From: Vicugna vicugna
Taxonomy: Eukaryota
NCBI GenBank assembly: GCA_013265495.1
Contig: MU057989.1
Coordinates: forward strand, 387,513 to 451,512
Length of the DNA stretch: 64,000 bases
Direction: 5' to 3'
Shown: positions 23,930 to 36,400 of the stretch, one piece after another
How the letters are laid out: every line of letters starts with the position of its first letter
Numbering within the stretch: the stretch's first letter is position 1
The notes under the pieces: model-generated
Seen by the model: the letters and a program-made list of their open reading frames with translations, nothing else
Databases searched by the model: none
What the model was told of the DNA's origin: nothing
Program-made: the position numbers and the translations under genes

Positions 23930-24680
23930 TAATGTTTGCAAACGCGCCTGGCACCGTAAGAGAAGTACCCGCTTCCTAATTTGGTGTTCCGGCTCCTGGC
24001 ACGTGGTGGGCACTGTCCGTGGAGGTGGACGGAGATCCCTGCCCCAGCATGACCATCACCTCCAGGACCTCTTCTGCCCAAACACCGCGGCTCCCGACCG
24101 TTGTACCCCCTTACGCGCTTGGGGCAGGAAGGCGACAGGTCTCACACTGGACAGCACCTCCCTGGGGCAATCGCTCCAAGGGGAAGCGGCTTGGGGCAGG
24201 AGAGGTTTGTGTGCTGGAAAAACGGCCAGAGGATAAAGGGGAAGTGTCAGCGCAGGGCACAGACAGGCAGGCAGGCGCCGAGGTCCAGAACCCCGCCGGG
24301 CTTGCTGGAGGAAGGGAAACCCCCACTGAGCAGGCATTAGTGCATAAGACTCTGAGAACTACACCTCCCAGCGGGCCCTGGGAGAACGCGGAGCCAATCT
24401 GGAGGCGGGGGGGGCGGGCTCATGGTCTCCTACGTCTTCCAGAGGCCGCTGGGCCGCGCCGCCGTTTTGCGGATTGGCAGCTCCCTCGACCTATAGCTGC
24501 TTTCTGCCACAGCGGCCACTCCCTGCTCCGAGGAGGAGAGGCTGTAGCCGCTAGTATACTGGGCCCAGCGTGGTCAAATGGAGTCAGCTCCCATCCGGAC
24601 TAGCTAGCCTGGGTTCTCCGGGGCCGCAGTGGGGCCGTAGATCCCTAAAGCCTTCTGCCCCTGATGAGCGTGTGAATCTT
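23930..24680. promoter_or_regulatory. Orphan CpG-rich promoter-like element (possibly a lncRNA promoter)
   Basis: ACTACAccTCCCAgc ZNF143-type motif 24358-24372, CCAAT 24394-24398, ATTGG 24473-24477, GC box ~24410. No coding gene starts here. Confidence 0.6.
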
Positions 24681-25911
24681 GTTGACTCATGTTTACGGCA
24701 AGTATTTACTGAGTGCCTATTATATTCTATTTACTGTGTTAGGCGCGAGGATGGTCAGGTCAGGCGGGATCCCAGCCTCAAGGGGCTTGTCTCCTGGGGT
24801 GGAGAGAAATGGGTAAACGGTAATTGCCATTCATGAGAAGACCTGTAAAAGAAGTGGATCACTGGGCGCAACCCCAGCACTGCCGTCCTCTCGGTTCTCA
24901 CTGCCTCTAGGAACCCTGGAGTACAGATTCTTAAACTCTGTATCGTGATTCTTTTTGAAAAATCTAGTGGAATGCTATTGGCCATAGGAATAGTGTTTTG
25001 TTCTATTTTGTTTCCCAGGGGAAAAAGCAGATACATCTCCAATTTCTTAGGTCATTTCAGGAGATTCATGGACTTGCTGAAGTCCATGTAGAGAAACCTT
25101 GAAGGGGCCTCTAAGGCATAGACCCCCACGTCAGCGAGGGCAGCCCCTACTTTTTAACTGTTTTACGTATTTCACCTTCAAGAAAGATTTCCTTTGATCT
25201 AAATGTACTGCAGGAAAAGGAAAAAGAAGAGACTGCCAGGTAGATGGTGTAGCTGTAGCTGTATTTCTAGTTCCAATTTTCTATTCGTGTTAAGTCCTTC
25301 CCATCAAGACTACTTTCTAGTCTCAGGTAAGCATAACCAGACTAAATTCACCAGCATAGTGTGAGGAGCACCTGCTTATTACTCAAATCCTTGTCATTCT
25401 TATGGAACAGTCCCCTGCCTGCCAAACTTGCCAGTTAGTTAGAAACTGTGAACAGTTTAAATAGCTGTCACCAGAGGACTGCCCTAGTAAATTGTGGTGA
25501 CTCTATTCCACGGGCTGCTCTGCATCCGTTGAAAACAATGTGCTAATGTGCTAAAATGGTCAGTATATATTGTTAAATGAGACAAGCACGCTTATTGTAC
25601 AATGTGATAGTGTAATCCCATGTTTGTAAATAATAGGAAAATATTTTTTAAATGTGAATATCTGAAGGGAGACTCAAGAAATAACATGGCAACCTCTAGA
25701 GAGTAGAATTGGGCATGGAGATTGTGCTTTTTACTCCCTTCTATACATTTTTGTGATTTTTCAATGAGTATTTAAACATTTTATGACACATGAGACAGAG
25801 TCCATGAATATATTTTCAATATAAGATAATAAAGCAAAACAGAAAATATAGCAAGCTCAGTGTTAGAGGAAGACTTTCATGTTTTTCTCATTACTTTTAT
25901 AATAAAAACTT

Positions 25912-26202
25912 GAGGGGGGAGGGTATTGGTCAAATGGTAAAGCTCATGCTTAGCATGCATAAGGTCCTGGATTCAACCCCCAGTACCTCCATTAAAAAAA
26001 GTTAAATAAATAAACCTAATCACACCCCCCCCAAAAAAAGAAAATGAAAAGAAAAAACATTAATTTTAGAGGAGGTACTGGGGATTGAACCCAGGACATC
26101 ATGCATGCTAAGCATGTGCTCTACCACTTGAGCTATAACCTTCCCTCTCTAAAAATGAATAAATGAATAAACCTAATTACCTCCCCTCTCAAAAAAATAA
26201 AA
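25912..26202 (+). mobile_element. Composite tRNA-Ala SINE: forward monomer, inverted head, then forward tail
   Basis: Forward SINE ~25912-26058, antisense head ~26068-26145, sense tail ~26146-26202. Flanked by the direct repeat AATAAAAACTT (25901-25911, 26203-26213). Confidence 0.8.
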
Positions 26203-26542
26203 AATAAAAACTTAAAGAAAATCTCATTAACTGGAACATTTTTTCGCTGGAGTGAAGAGGATTAGGAAAATGGTTTTTAAAAGGCAAACTGTGCCCATAG
26301 AGAAACAAATATGTGAAAATTTCAAGTAATATGTGATATTTGGCAGTACTGAAGGGAACGCAGCACAGACCTAACTCCAAAGTAAACACACAGACACACA
26401 CTGCAGGCATCAAATTAATGCAGACACAGATTCTTTAGCAAAAGCATAAAGTCTCATGCCTTGATTCCCCTGAAGATATAGGGCAGAAGATTAAATTTCT
26501 AAAATATAGTTTAAATAAGCTGAAATGACTGGAGGGCCATTT

Positions 26543-27123
26543 CCCCAGAGCCTGTGCTGTGAAGGCACATAAAGCCCTCACATGATACTTGGTGCATATA
26601 ATGTGCTCACTATATGTTATCAATCACCGTAGTTTCAAAGCCGTGATTTTTGGTATTTTGACAACACACCCACCTCCATTACAGCAGCTTTGGAAAATGT
26701 TTTGGTATCTGGACAGGTACCTTCACCCACAGAAAAGTACCAAAACTCAGGTGGCATTTCACCTGTGGTCCTGTGGAGGGCATCCTCATGCGTCGTCTCT
26801 GGGCCTACAGCTGGAAGCCCAGTGGACGCCCCACTCCCATCCCCGTCCCCAGGGACAGTCCTCCACAGAAACTGGCAGCTGGAAACAATTATTAATGCTG
26901 CAGGAAGTAGGGGAAAGTGACAATGTGTGTCAAACCTGAAACTGGACATCAGAGTCCACAGAAAACATTTTCCAAGGCTGCTGTAATGGAGGTGGGTGGT
27001 GGTGTCAAAATACCAAAAATCATGGCTTTGAAACTACGGTGGATGATAACACATAGTGAGCACATTATATGCACCAAGTGTCATGTGAGGGCTTTATGTG
27101 CCTTCACAGCACAGGCTCTGGGG
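26543..27123. repeat. Long inverted repeat: arms 26543-26703 and 26962-27123, ~258-bp spacer
   Basis: Manual alignment of the left arm to the reverse complement of the right arm gives about 7 substitutions and 1 indel in ~161 bp. Confidence 0.95.
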
Positions 27124-27199
27124 TCAGATAACCTGAGTGAGAATACTATCCCCCTAGTCAACCAGTTGTGTGACACTGGCTGAGTGATGTACCTACTAC

Positions 27200-27750
27200 T
27201 TATTCAGCCTTGATAAGGAAGGAAGTTGTGTTACATGTTACAGCATGGGTAAATCTTGAAAACATTATGCTAAGTGTATAGCACAGGAAACTATATTCAA
27301 TATCTTGTAGTAACCTATAATGAGAAAGAATATGAAAAGGAATATGTATGTATATGTATGATTGAAACATTATGCTGTACACCAGAAATTGACACAACAT
27401 TGTTTTTATTGACTGTCAATTTAAAACCCCCAAAATATGCTCAGTGAAATAAGCCAATAACAAAAGGACAAATATTTTATGATTTCACTGATATGAGGCA
27501 CCTAGAATAGTCAAATTTATCATAGAGACAGAAAATAGAATAGTGATTATCAGGTGCTGGGAGGAGACGGTAATGGAGTGTTGATAATGAGTAGAGTTGC
27601 AATTTGGGATGATGAAAACATTCTGGAGAAGAATGGTGGTTATGGTTACACAACAGTGTGAATGCACTTCATGGCACTGCATTGTACACTTAGTAGTTAA
27701 AATGGTAAATTTTATGTTACGTATATTTTACCACCAAAATACTTGAAAAT
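27200..27750 (+). mobile_element. Old L1 3' fragment with a younger L1 3' end nested at ~27275-27430
   Basis: L1M text interrupted between near-duplicates aaacattatgctaagtg and aaaatatgctcagtg. Confidence 0.65.
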
Positions 27751-29634
27751 GCACATACCCTTTGCTTCAGTTATTCCATTTCTAGGATTCTAAAGAAATT
27801 ATTGAATGAACACAAAGTTGCATTAAAAGATGTTCATTGCAGAGTTGTTCATTAAAGCAAGAATTGGAACCAACCTGAACGTCCAACAACAGAGGAAATA
27901 GTAAGTAATTTTGATACACTCATACTATCGCATATCATGTAGCTATTAAGAGTAAGAAGGGCCTATTCATCTTGATCCAGATAGATTCAGGGACACACTG
28001 CGAAGTTAAAAAAAAATCTGGGAAAATACGTGTAGTGGGATAAATATATGTAATGAATGCATATACATATGCAAACACATCAGAAGGAGACTGGTAGGAT
28101 GTCCAACCATTACCTATAAAAAGGGGAGAAGAAGTGAAACAAGGGGGTGATGGGAAAGTTTCCTCATTTTCTTTCTCTACACCTCTATTCTTGTATTACA
28201 GTTGTTCTGCTTATCTGTCGCTGCACCACAAATACCCCAAAGCTTATTGTAAAAACAGTCCGTGTGTTCTAATGGCTTATGATTTTGTGTTTGGGATTTC
28301 AGTCAGGGCACAGCAGGGACAATTCAGGTCTGCTCCGTGACTGGAACTTCAGTTGGGGTGGCTCAGATGTCTGGAGATCACTGGAACAGCTATAACTGAC
28401 TGGAGTTGTGTGTCTGAGACCTCAGTACTGGCAGTCTGCAGGTGACTCTTGGGTTCTCCGCATGTGTCTGCTGGGACTGGGAATAGAAAAAATGACTATT
28501 TCCCTTCCTTTGTCTGGTTGGACTGGGATGGCTAGAACATCTGGGAGGTCCTGTCTGACCACAGACACTGAACAAGACAGGATGGAGGCTAACCTATATT
28601 ATTCCTGGAATGAAAAAAATTGCTCCCATTCTGGGTGTTAAAATATCCAGATTTAGGGACTAAATAAACTGATTATAAGGGCTAAAAAGAGGCCAATAGC
28701 TGAGCTGTCCTTCCCACCCCATTCCACATCTTTACAGGAGATTTGAGAGGAAGCCAGGAGCCAGGTCTAAAGGCTTATGTCTGAGCTTTTGGCATTTCTG
28801 ACATTATTCTGCCCAGATCACTAGGCTAGAAATGAAAGAGGATTTCAGGATGGGTACTCATTTTAGCATTAAAGATTATGAAGTTTCCTGGAGGGCCCTT
28901 AGGATGTTTTTTTGGGGAATGTGAAGGTGACTGTAGGTGCAGCGGGCAAAGTATATTGTGTCTCACTCCCCACCATATTGTGAGCCCCTTGGAGGTGGAT
29001 TTCCTCAGTCTGCTCATTTCCTTGATTTTAGCCTAGACAACATTCTCAACACACTGTGAAAGAATTACTGCAGATTCTGGAAGGTCATAATTGAGAAAAA
29101 TCTTAAAGTAGCTCCTGCAGGATCTCTCTGCTTTCAAAAGACAAACAATATGGCATCTTAAGGACTGTCTCAGCTAGATAAAGGAATGAGCCTCTCCTAG
29201 GTCCTTTAGTCTCCTATTTTTAACTGCCAGCTTTAATAGCTAGGCAGCTATTAACAGTTGCTATATAAAATCCATACAGTAGTTTTTTGCTTGTTGTTTG
29301 TTTTTAAAACCACTTAGCAAGGGAAGAGGAAGTTAAAAACAAAAAACAAAAAAACCCAGGGGACAGAATTGGGAAGCAAGTCAAACTCCTCTCTCACTTC
29401 TCCATCACGCAACACGAAATGTGCTTCTAAAGAAATAATAATACTTGAGAGATCCAAGACTATTCTAGATTTGTGTCCTACAAATAGAACCCTTGTTTTC
29501 TAGGGTGTTTGGGATACTTAACAAGTTTTTAAAAATCTAAGTCCACAAGAAAACTGAAATGAGCTTTTCAAAGCAGAAATAGAATCTCCTTTTCTAATCA
29601 GTGCAGTCATTTTTTTTTCTTTTTAAAAAATTCC

Positions 29635-29912
29635 TATTATTTATTGAAGTGTCATCAATTTACAATGTTAGTTTCAGGTATACAGCAGAGCAATTCTGAA
29701 ATAAATATATATAGATATCTATATATATATATATATCTCAGATTCTTTTCCATTACAGCTTATTACAAGAAACTGAATATAGTTCCCTGTGATATAAGTA
29801 GGTCCTTGTTGTTTATATATTTTATATATAGTAATGTGTATCTATTAATTCCAGACTCCTAATCTATACTTTCCCCCCACTTCCCCCCTAGTAACCACAG
29901 TTTGTTTTCTGT
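29635..29912 (-). mobile_element. LINE-1 3' end fragment
   Basis: ttacaatgttagtttcaggtatacag...gaatatagttccctgtg...tagtaaccacagtttgttttct. Confidence 0.7.
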
Positions 29913-30889
29913 GACCAAAAAAAAATTTTTGAAGAGGAAAATTTTCTTGACTAGCTTGACCAGTTGACCAACTCTTGGCTTAAAGAGGAAATAATATGAA
30001 AACTGCAGTGATTAACTGTTTTGAAATCATCAATAAGGAGAATAGTCTATATAAAAAATTAAGAGTTATAAACAAAGTTGCACTTAGAGGAAAACTCATA
30101 TCCTTAAATGCTTTTATTATTAAACAATGAAGACTAGAAATAAAATACACTGATATTTATTGAAAGTTTATTTTATGTAGAGCCTGCACTTAAATATATC
30201 TCATTAATCTTTGTAGTATTTATCAGGTGGGCACTGTTTTTTTCCCTTATCTTTTCAAAATGCTCAGAAGTGTAACTCTGAAGTATATCTATGCCATGTT
30301 CTCTGTCCTTAGTTTCCAAGAGCCATTTCACATCTCTCTTGATTCAGTGCTACATTTATTAATGTTTAGTGTATACAGGGCACTTTAAGGGATAAAGAGA
30401 TGAATAATAGCTGTTCTGTATCTTGCAGAACTTCAGTCATGTGTGTGATGTTGATGTACGTATACTGGAAGTGCAGGGGAGGACAGGTCGCAGTATGGTT
30501 GCACTTAACCCTCCCAGCTAAGGAGAACTGTGTTAAAAGCGAAAAATGAGGTCTAAACAAAGAACTGAGGGAGCCCAGAAGAGAGTAATTCTGACTTGAG
30601 GAGGGGGTTAGGAGTGAACCACAGTGCTTGTTGCCACAATTCAGGGCCTGCATCATGAAGATCTTTACGGCTTGTTGAGGAATCTGTGCTTTGTTTTCAG
30701 GGCAGTGGAGAACCACTGGAGGTTCTGTGTGTCGGGGTGAGTGGATATGTAAAGACTTTATTTTTATTTTTGCTTTAAAAAATTTTTCCCCCTTAGAGTA
30801 GTTTCTCAGATGTGGAACCGCTTGATAAGAGAGGAGAAATATATTAACATTCTAAAAATACACTGTCATATTGCTTTCTATAAGTGTAA

Positions 30890-31580
30890 TGCATTCATGG
30901 GGTCTCTCTCCTATGTGACGATGTTGGTATCAATAAAGGTCTGAACGAAGGAACCTCCTCTCACAGCCAAGGCACTTGTGAGGTTCCTCTCCTGAATGAA
31001 TCTTCTGGTGCTCAGTGTGTCTAAAGTCAAGAAGTTCTTCCAGGTTTGAGTTCTTGGGTTCTCTCTCTATAGCGTGGTTACGATGATCTATAAACATTGC
31101 TAAGTCTGGAGATTTCCACATTGACTTTCTAAATGTTTTTAGTTTTTTGTTTTTTGTTTTTTGTTTTTGCAAAAGAGAACCACAGAGATCATCTCCCTCT
31201 AAAGTAATAATGAATGGATGCAGAGTGCCCAGTTTTTTTTTTCTGATTCAAAGAAGCTTCTTCATTTTCTCTCCTGATCTCAAAAACTGGGAGAAGAAAT
31301 AGAAATTGAACATATCCTCCTGTTCAAGGTGAAAGAGATGGGGGAAAATAGTTGTGTTAAACCAGTAATGGGATGATAGAAACTCCTAAGCAGATCCCAA
31401 AACTTTTTACTCTTAACTAAGGCTGAATTTTTCTTTTCTTTCTTCCCTGTAGCCAGTGAACACTCACTTATCTTGAAGTCAAATCATTGTTTCGTCTCTT
31501 TGAAAACCTGCAATTCCTTCACCTATGACTCTTCTCTGTGCTCCATGGGGAGGCTCAGGCCAGCTTTGTTACTGGATATC
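30890..31580 (-). pseudogene. Decayed KRAB-zinc-finger relic: KRAB-B-like exon 31468-31580 and terminal zinc-finger exon from 31286
   Basis: Exon reads GYPV-KAGLSLPMEHREES*VKELQVFKE with AG/GT ends. The next exon opens FEIRRENEEASLNQ, followed by HQKIHSGEEPHKCLGCERRF...HIGERPHEC with stops and frameshifts. Confidence 0.65.
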
Positions 31581-33062
31581 CTGGCCATGAGAAAGACAGG
31601 CAGCATGACAGTTTGGGTCACCACTGGTTCTTCTGAATTCAGACTGATTTCTGGGGCAGACGACCTCTCTCTGTCTCTTTCAGTTAGGATTATTCCACTT
31701 GGAGCCTCTTTCAGGCAGTTCTTCAACATTAGGACAAAACCAAAATAAGGGGAAAGTTCTTTTTGTGCTCAATTCAAGGTCATCGTCCTCCAGCCTGTGG
31801 AAGAGCAGTGAATTCTGTGTTAAAGTCAATAAACTAGTTTTATATTCCCTTTTGAATATTTTGATAATAGAATTATCTAAGTGTGGATTAAAATGTAAAG
31901 TGAATCATCCTAAAATTCTGACTGTATTAAAGCCGAGAAACATTCTCTTATTGAGTCTGTAGAGAGGAGACAGAGACGTAAAAGTGGGAGTTTTGGAACT
32001 ATGTCCTGGATTAACTTCAGTTAAGAGGTTTTTTAAAATAAAAATTGGTACCTGAAGTGGGATGGCTGGTGACCAGCAAAAACTGTCTTTATATGTTTCT
32101 TTTAGCTGTAGTCTAGATGTGTATTATCTTGAAATTAACCTAAGTAACTAACTGTTTCTGGCAGTCATAAAGACAACTAGTAAAATTTTCTCTGGCTCAA
32201 TTTCCAGCCATGTCCTACCATTGCTTTCCTTACTAAGAGCAAGTTATAGTTTGTACTCTCTTTCTGTGTCCCTTCCTTTCCCTCCTCACATCTAACAAAG
32301 TCTACCGGTCTGCAGTAAAATGTGGATTGGTAAATAGTGATTTAAGATCCAAATAGAGGAAAATGTTTAAATAGTAACATTACCAAACAGTATTAGCAAA
32401 TTAGCTTGGTTAATATTAAACCAAAGGAAAATTTAAATTCCAGAATACTTTTTCAAAATGCCTTATTTTATATTTTCATGGAGAAAGGACAGTATATTTC
32501 AGATTAATAAAAGTAAACTGCACTTCAAATGAAATGCCATTTAAAGTCACTATTTTGTTTGTGATTGGATTTCTAAGCTAAGCATGAGATCAAAGAGTAA
32601 TGTGTTACAGTAAAAGCAAACTTTATTAAGCCACAGATCACAGGAAAGCTGTAGTCAGGGAAAGTGGGAAGAAAGCATAACTGGGGAGAGTAGCAAATTG
32701 CAAAGGCCTGGCTGGCAGAAGCCTGGAGGCCAGGATATCCCAAGGTAAGATTCAGGAAAAGCATTTCTGAATGACTAGCGCTGCTTATTTGCTCCTATGC
32801 CAAAGAGTACAGACTTGAAAGTCTCAACACTGTAGATTTCATCAGATGTCAGTTTAAACCCAGGCACAGACAGCTGCCCCACCCTGAGTGCAGGAGAATC
32901 TGTGAGATCCAGGTAAGGGTTGAAAGCAGCTCTAGAGACTTTAGTGCTCAGGAGAACTAAGACCAGGAGCAGGGTTTTTTAAAATCTGAAATTCAAATTT
33001 GTTTTTTCTTCTACGTAATAGACAGCCAGCTGAGGACCGATATAGCTGAGGACAAGAAAATA

Positions 33063-33273
33063 CAGTTGACTCTTGGATGAGTTTGAACTGTGTGAGTTTA
33101 CTTACATATGGACAATTTTCAATAAGTATGTACTACAGAATCACACAACCCACGGTGATCTGTGGATGGAGAACCACAGATATGGAAGACCGACTATAAA
33201 GTTATTCATGAATTTTCCAATGTGTAGAGGGTCAGTGCCCCAGACCCCCACTGCATTGTTCAAGGGTCCACTG
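33063..33273. mobile_element. Tigger2/MER8-type MITE
   Basis: TA-CAGTTGACTCTTG ... TTCAAGGGTCCACTG-TA: terminal inverted repeats with a TA target-site duplication. Confidence 0.75.
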
Positions 33274-34849
33274 TATAAGACAGCAGAATCACCAGTGGTT
33301 ACAGAAGTGCATAGTTACTTCCCTTAACTTACTTTTCACCAAGCTTTAAAGTAGTGGTTTTTAATCTTTTTCCTGATTTTGAGAACTTGATGAAAACCAT
33401 GAAACCACTTCCTAGAAAATACACATAGTTCTGTAAACAACATAAAAGGTTTACAAAATGTCCAAATCCATCGATGTGATCCTCTAGAACTGCGTTGATG
33501 GTAGTTAGCTACACTAGCTTCATTTTAAGTGCTCAGTAGCCACCATCACAGTAAGCTCTACTGTACAGGGCTGCTCTAGAATTTCATGAACTCTAGGTTA
33601 AGAACTCCTGCCCCAAATGAACCGCTATAGTTCTGCTGGCCTGTAACCCCACTCCCAGTCAAGTTGATATTTGACTGTAAAATACTGTGTATAAAAGCTG
33701 TTTGCTCTGTCTGAATATAGATAGATCTCAAAGAAATGGAGGAAGACTAACAGTAATTTTGAATAACTTTAAAAATCTATCCAGCTTTAAGTACCTGTTA
33801 ATAACCTAAAGTTAAAGAGATAGCAAATGGTTCATCCATCATTCTTACTGTCTCAAGGTATGCAAAGGTTTGTAAACATTCCCATGCCCCATGTCCCGCA
33901 ACAATAATCCGAGTCACTTTTGTATGAGATAGGGTAAGCTTTCAGGAATTTGCTGTGCCTTAGCAACAGCTAATATTGAATTCATATTAAGTGCCAGGTA
34001 TGATTCTAAGCATCCTACATATGTAAGCGCATTTAATCCTCACCGTTACAAGGTTGGTATAGTAGTATCCTCTCAAAACAGATGATGGAACTGAGGTTTG
34101 GGGCTTAGTGAGATTTAATAACTTGTCTGAGGTGACATAGTAAATCCCAGAGAAGTGGATATTAGGTCAGAATCTGTTGTCTCCTGAAATATGAATGTCC
34201 AAAACATGGGAAAAAGTGGGTCTTCCAGGACTCTGAGGTCACATGTCTTAATAAAGTGTTCTGAAATGGACCTATACTAGCTTGTGTTCTGTGAGGCCTC
34301 TGGTTCTGCATTTGCCACAGCAGCTTCCTACCTTTCCTCTGGAGTGGAACAAGAGAAAAAAATACTCAGACTTTTTTACACCCGGTCACTGAAAGTCGAC
34401 CCTCTCCCTCCATACATCACCCTTTACCATCATGGCAGGCTGAACTTTAGCGACAGACTAAAATGTGATCCTGGTAAGTGAGTTAACTGACACCCTGTAA
34501 CATGCGGATGATAATACCGTCTATTATTATAATATCGTCAACACAATTTTGTGTGTTGTGAGGATCCAGCTGCACGTAAGCAGGTGCTCAATAAACGACT
34601 ACTGTTTGTCACGGTTCAATTCATGACCCTTCTATCTCCTGAGACCACGGGCCTGACCGTCGCTTTAAGGAAAGGAGGAGCTGGGCCGACCTGGACCGTG
34701 GTCACCTGCCTCAAAGCTGGGCAGCCCTCTCCTCAGCAGCACAGACCCTCGACTGCGCCGGCCAAGGAATCGACCCTCTGGGTTTCCTTCCATTTGGCTC
34801 TCACGATTAAAGTTCACAGCCGACCTTGGAGGGAGATGAATAGAGCCCT

Positions 34850-36400
34850 CGCTCCCGCAGGGCTGGACACCCCCCCCCCAAAAAAAAGCACGCCCCGGGC
34901 AAATTTAAAATCGGAAGCCGGCGGTGCAGGCTGGATCCCGAGCGGCCCCGGGGAACGTCCAGCCGCCTGCAGCGGGACCCCAGCCGGGCAGAAGATCGCT
35001 ACGGGCCACAAGCCCCACTCCCCTCTGACAGCTCGGTACGGGGCTCTCTGAAGCGCCCCCCGTGTCTTCAGGGCGCAGGCGCGATTCGCGCCACCTTGCA
35101 TCTCCCGGCAGGCCCCGCGGCGGCGCTGACCCCGGCGGGACCCGCTCTTCCCCGCCTACCCCTGGAGCGGAGCAGGCGGGCGAGTGAACCGTGGCTCACG
35201 TGCCTCTGAGGCTGCCGGGGCGGTTAGGGACTGCCTTGGAATCCGTTTTGACCGGGACGGTGATTCTTAAACTTGTCTGTGGGGGAAGAATTTCTCGGAG
35301 GGGCTCGTTAATTCAAGTTTTCGGGCTCTACCCTGATACTGAAGCACAGGATCTCGCGTGTCTTAGAGCTTTGCTTTTTACTAAGCTTTCCGAGGGGTTC
35401 TGACCTCCCCCCTAGCCGGCCGGTCACAGACGATTTGGGTTTAAGTTCCAAATGGACTTAGCAAACCAACGCGTCTCTGCCCTCCCCCAGGGACTTCTGG
35501 AGCCTCAGGGATCGCCCAGTGGCCCGGCCTCTCGTCTCCAATTGGCCCCTCGCTCTTCCCGCCTACGTAGGGAAATCTTTTCTTCTGTTTGGTCGGCGGT
35601 GAGTCTGTGGCGAGACCTGACCCAATGGGCACTTGAGTTCCCAGAACGTGACCCGGAAGTTGGTTCCGAGCAGGCGCCGATAGCTGTTGACGCCTAACGC
35701 GCGCTGGGACTTCCGGCGTGGGAGCCAAGCGCCGAGTCCTGCGTGAGTCCGCCGAGAGGGGAAAAACGCGTCATTCCGGTCCTGCTTTGGGGCGGTCCTG
35801 GCGGGGCGGGTCAGGGGTCGGCGCGGTGGCGTCCAGGACCTACTGAGGCCGACGGGCCGGAGCCAGCTGCGCCCGAGCTGGATCTGGGTTTCCTGGCCGA
35901 GACTTGGCGCCGCGGGTCCCCTGGCTCTTGGGGACTCCGGCCATCCTTGCACGGGGTCCGGAGCGATTTCCTAGACGGGCGCAGCTGGTTTCGGGGCCGA
36001 GGCGCTCCCGGGGCCTGAAGATGGCGTCGGGTCCGGGCTCCCAGGATCGGGAAGGTCTTCTGATAGTGAAACTGGAAGAGGACTGCGCCTGGAGCCAGGA
36101 GCTGCCCCCGCCAGACCCAGGTCCCAGCCCTGAGGCCTCCCACCTGCGCTTCAGACGGTTCCGCTTCCAAGAGGCCGCTGGGCCCCGGGAAGCACTCAGC
36201 CGGCTCCAGGAGCTTTGCCATGGCTGGCTGCGGCCTGAGATGCGTACCAAGGAGCAGATCCTAGAGCTGCTGGTGCTGGAGCAGTTCCTGACCATCCTGC
36301 CCCAGGAGATCCAGAGCAGGGTGCAGGAGCTGCATCCGGAGAGCGGCGAAGAAGCGGTGACCCTTGTGGAGGATATGCAGAAAGAGCTTGGGAGATTGAG
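34850..36400 (+). promoter_or_regulatory. CpG-island promoter of ZNF263
   Basis: Dense CpG; ETS/GABP CCGGAAGT 35653-35660 and ACTTCCGG ~35709; CCAAT ~35622; YY1-like AAGATGGCG overlapping the ATG. Confidence 0.8.

Noticed and set aside
26635..26949. SCAN-like start (GPETTH...FWYFS.GEG) in the inverted-repeat spacer ORF
   Set aside because: The resemblance does not extend into the conserved SCAN core.
26543..27123. MITE or DNA-transposon interpretation of the inverted repeat
   Set aside because: No TSD and no recognisable TIR termini; a genome-wide copy search would be needed to exclude it fully.
35904..36020. N-terminal extension of ZNF263 in the ORF track
   Set aside because: TTG start in the 5' UTR; the ATG at 36021 has a strong Kozak context and matches the known N-terminus.
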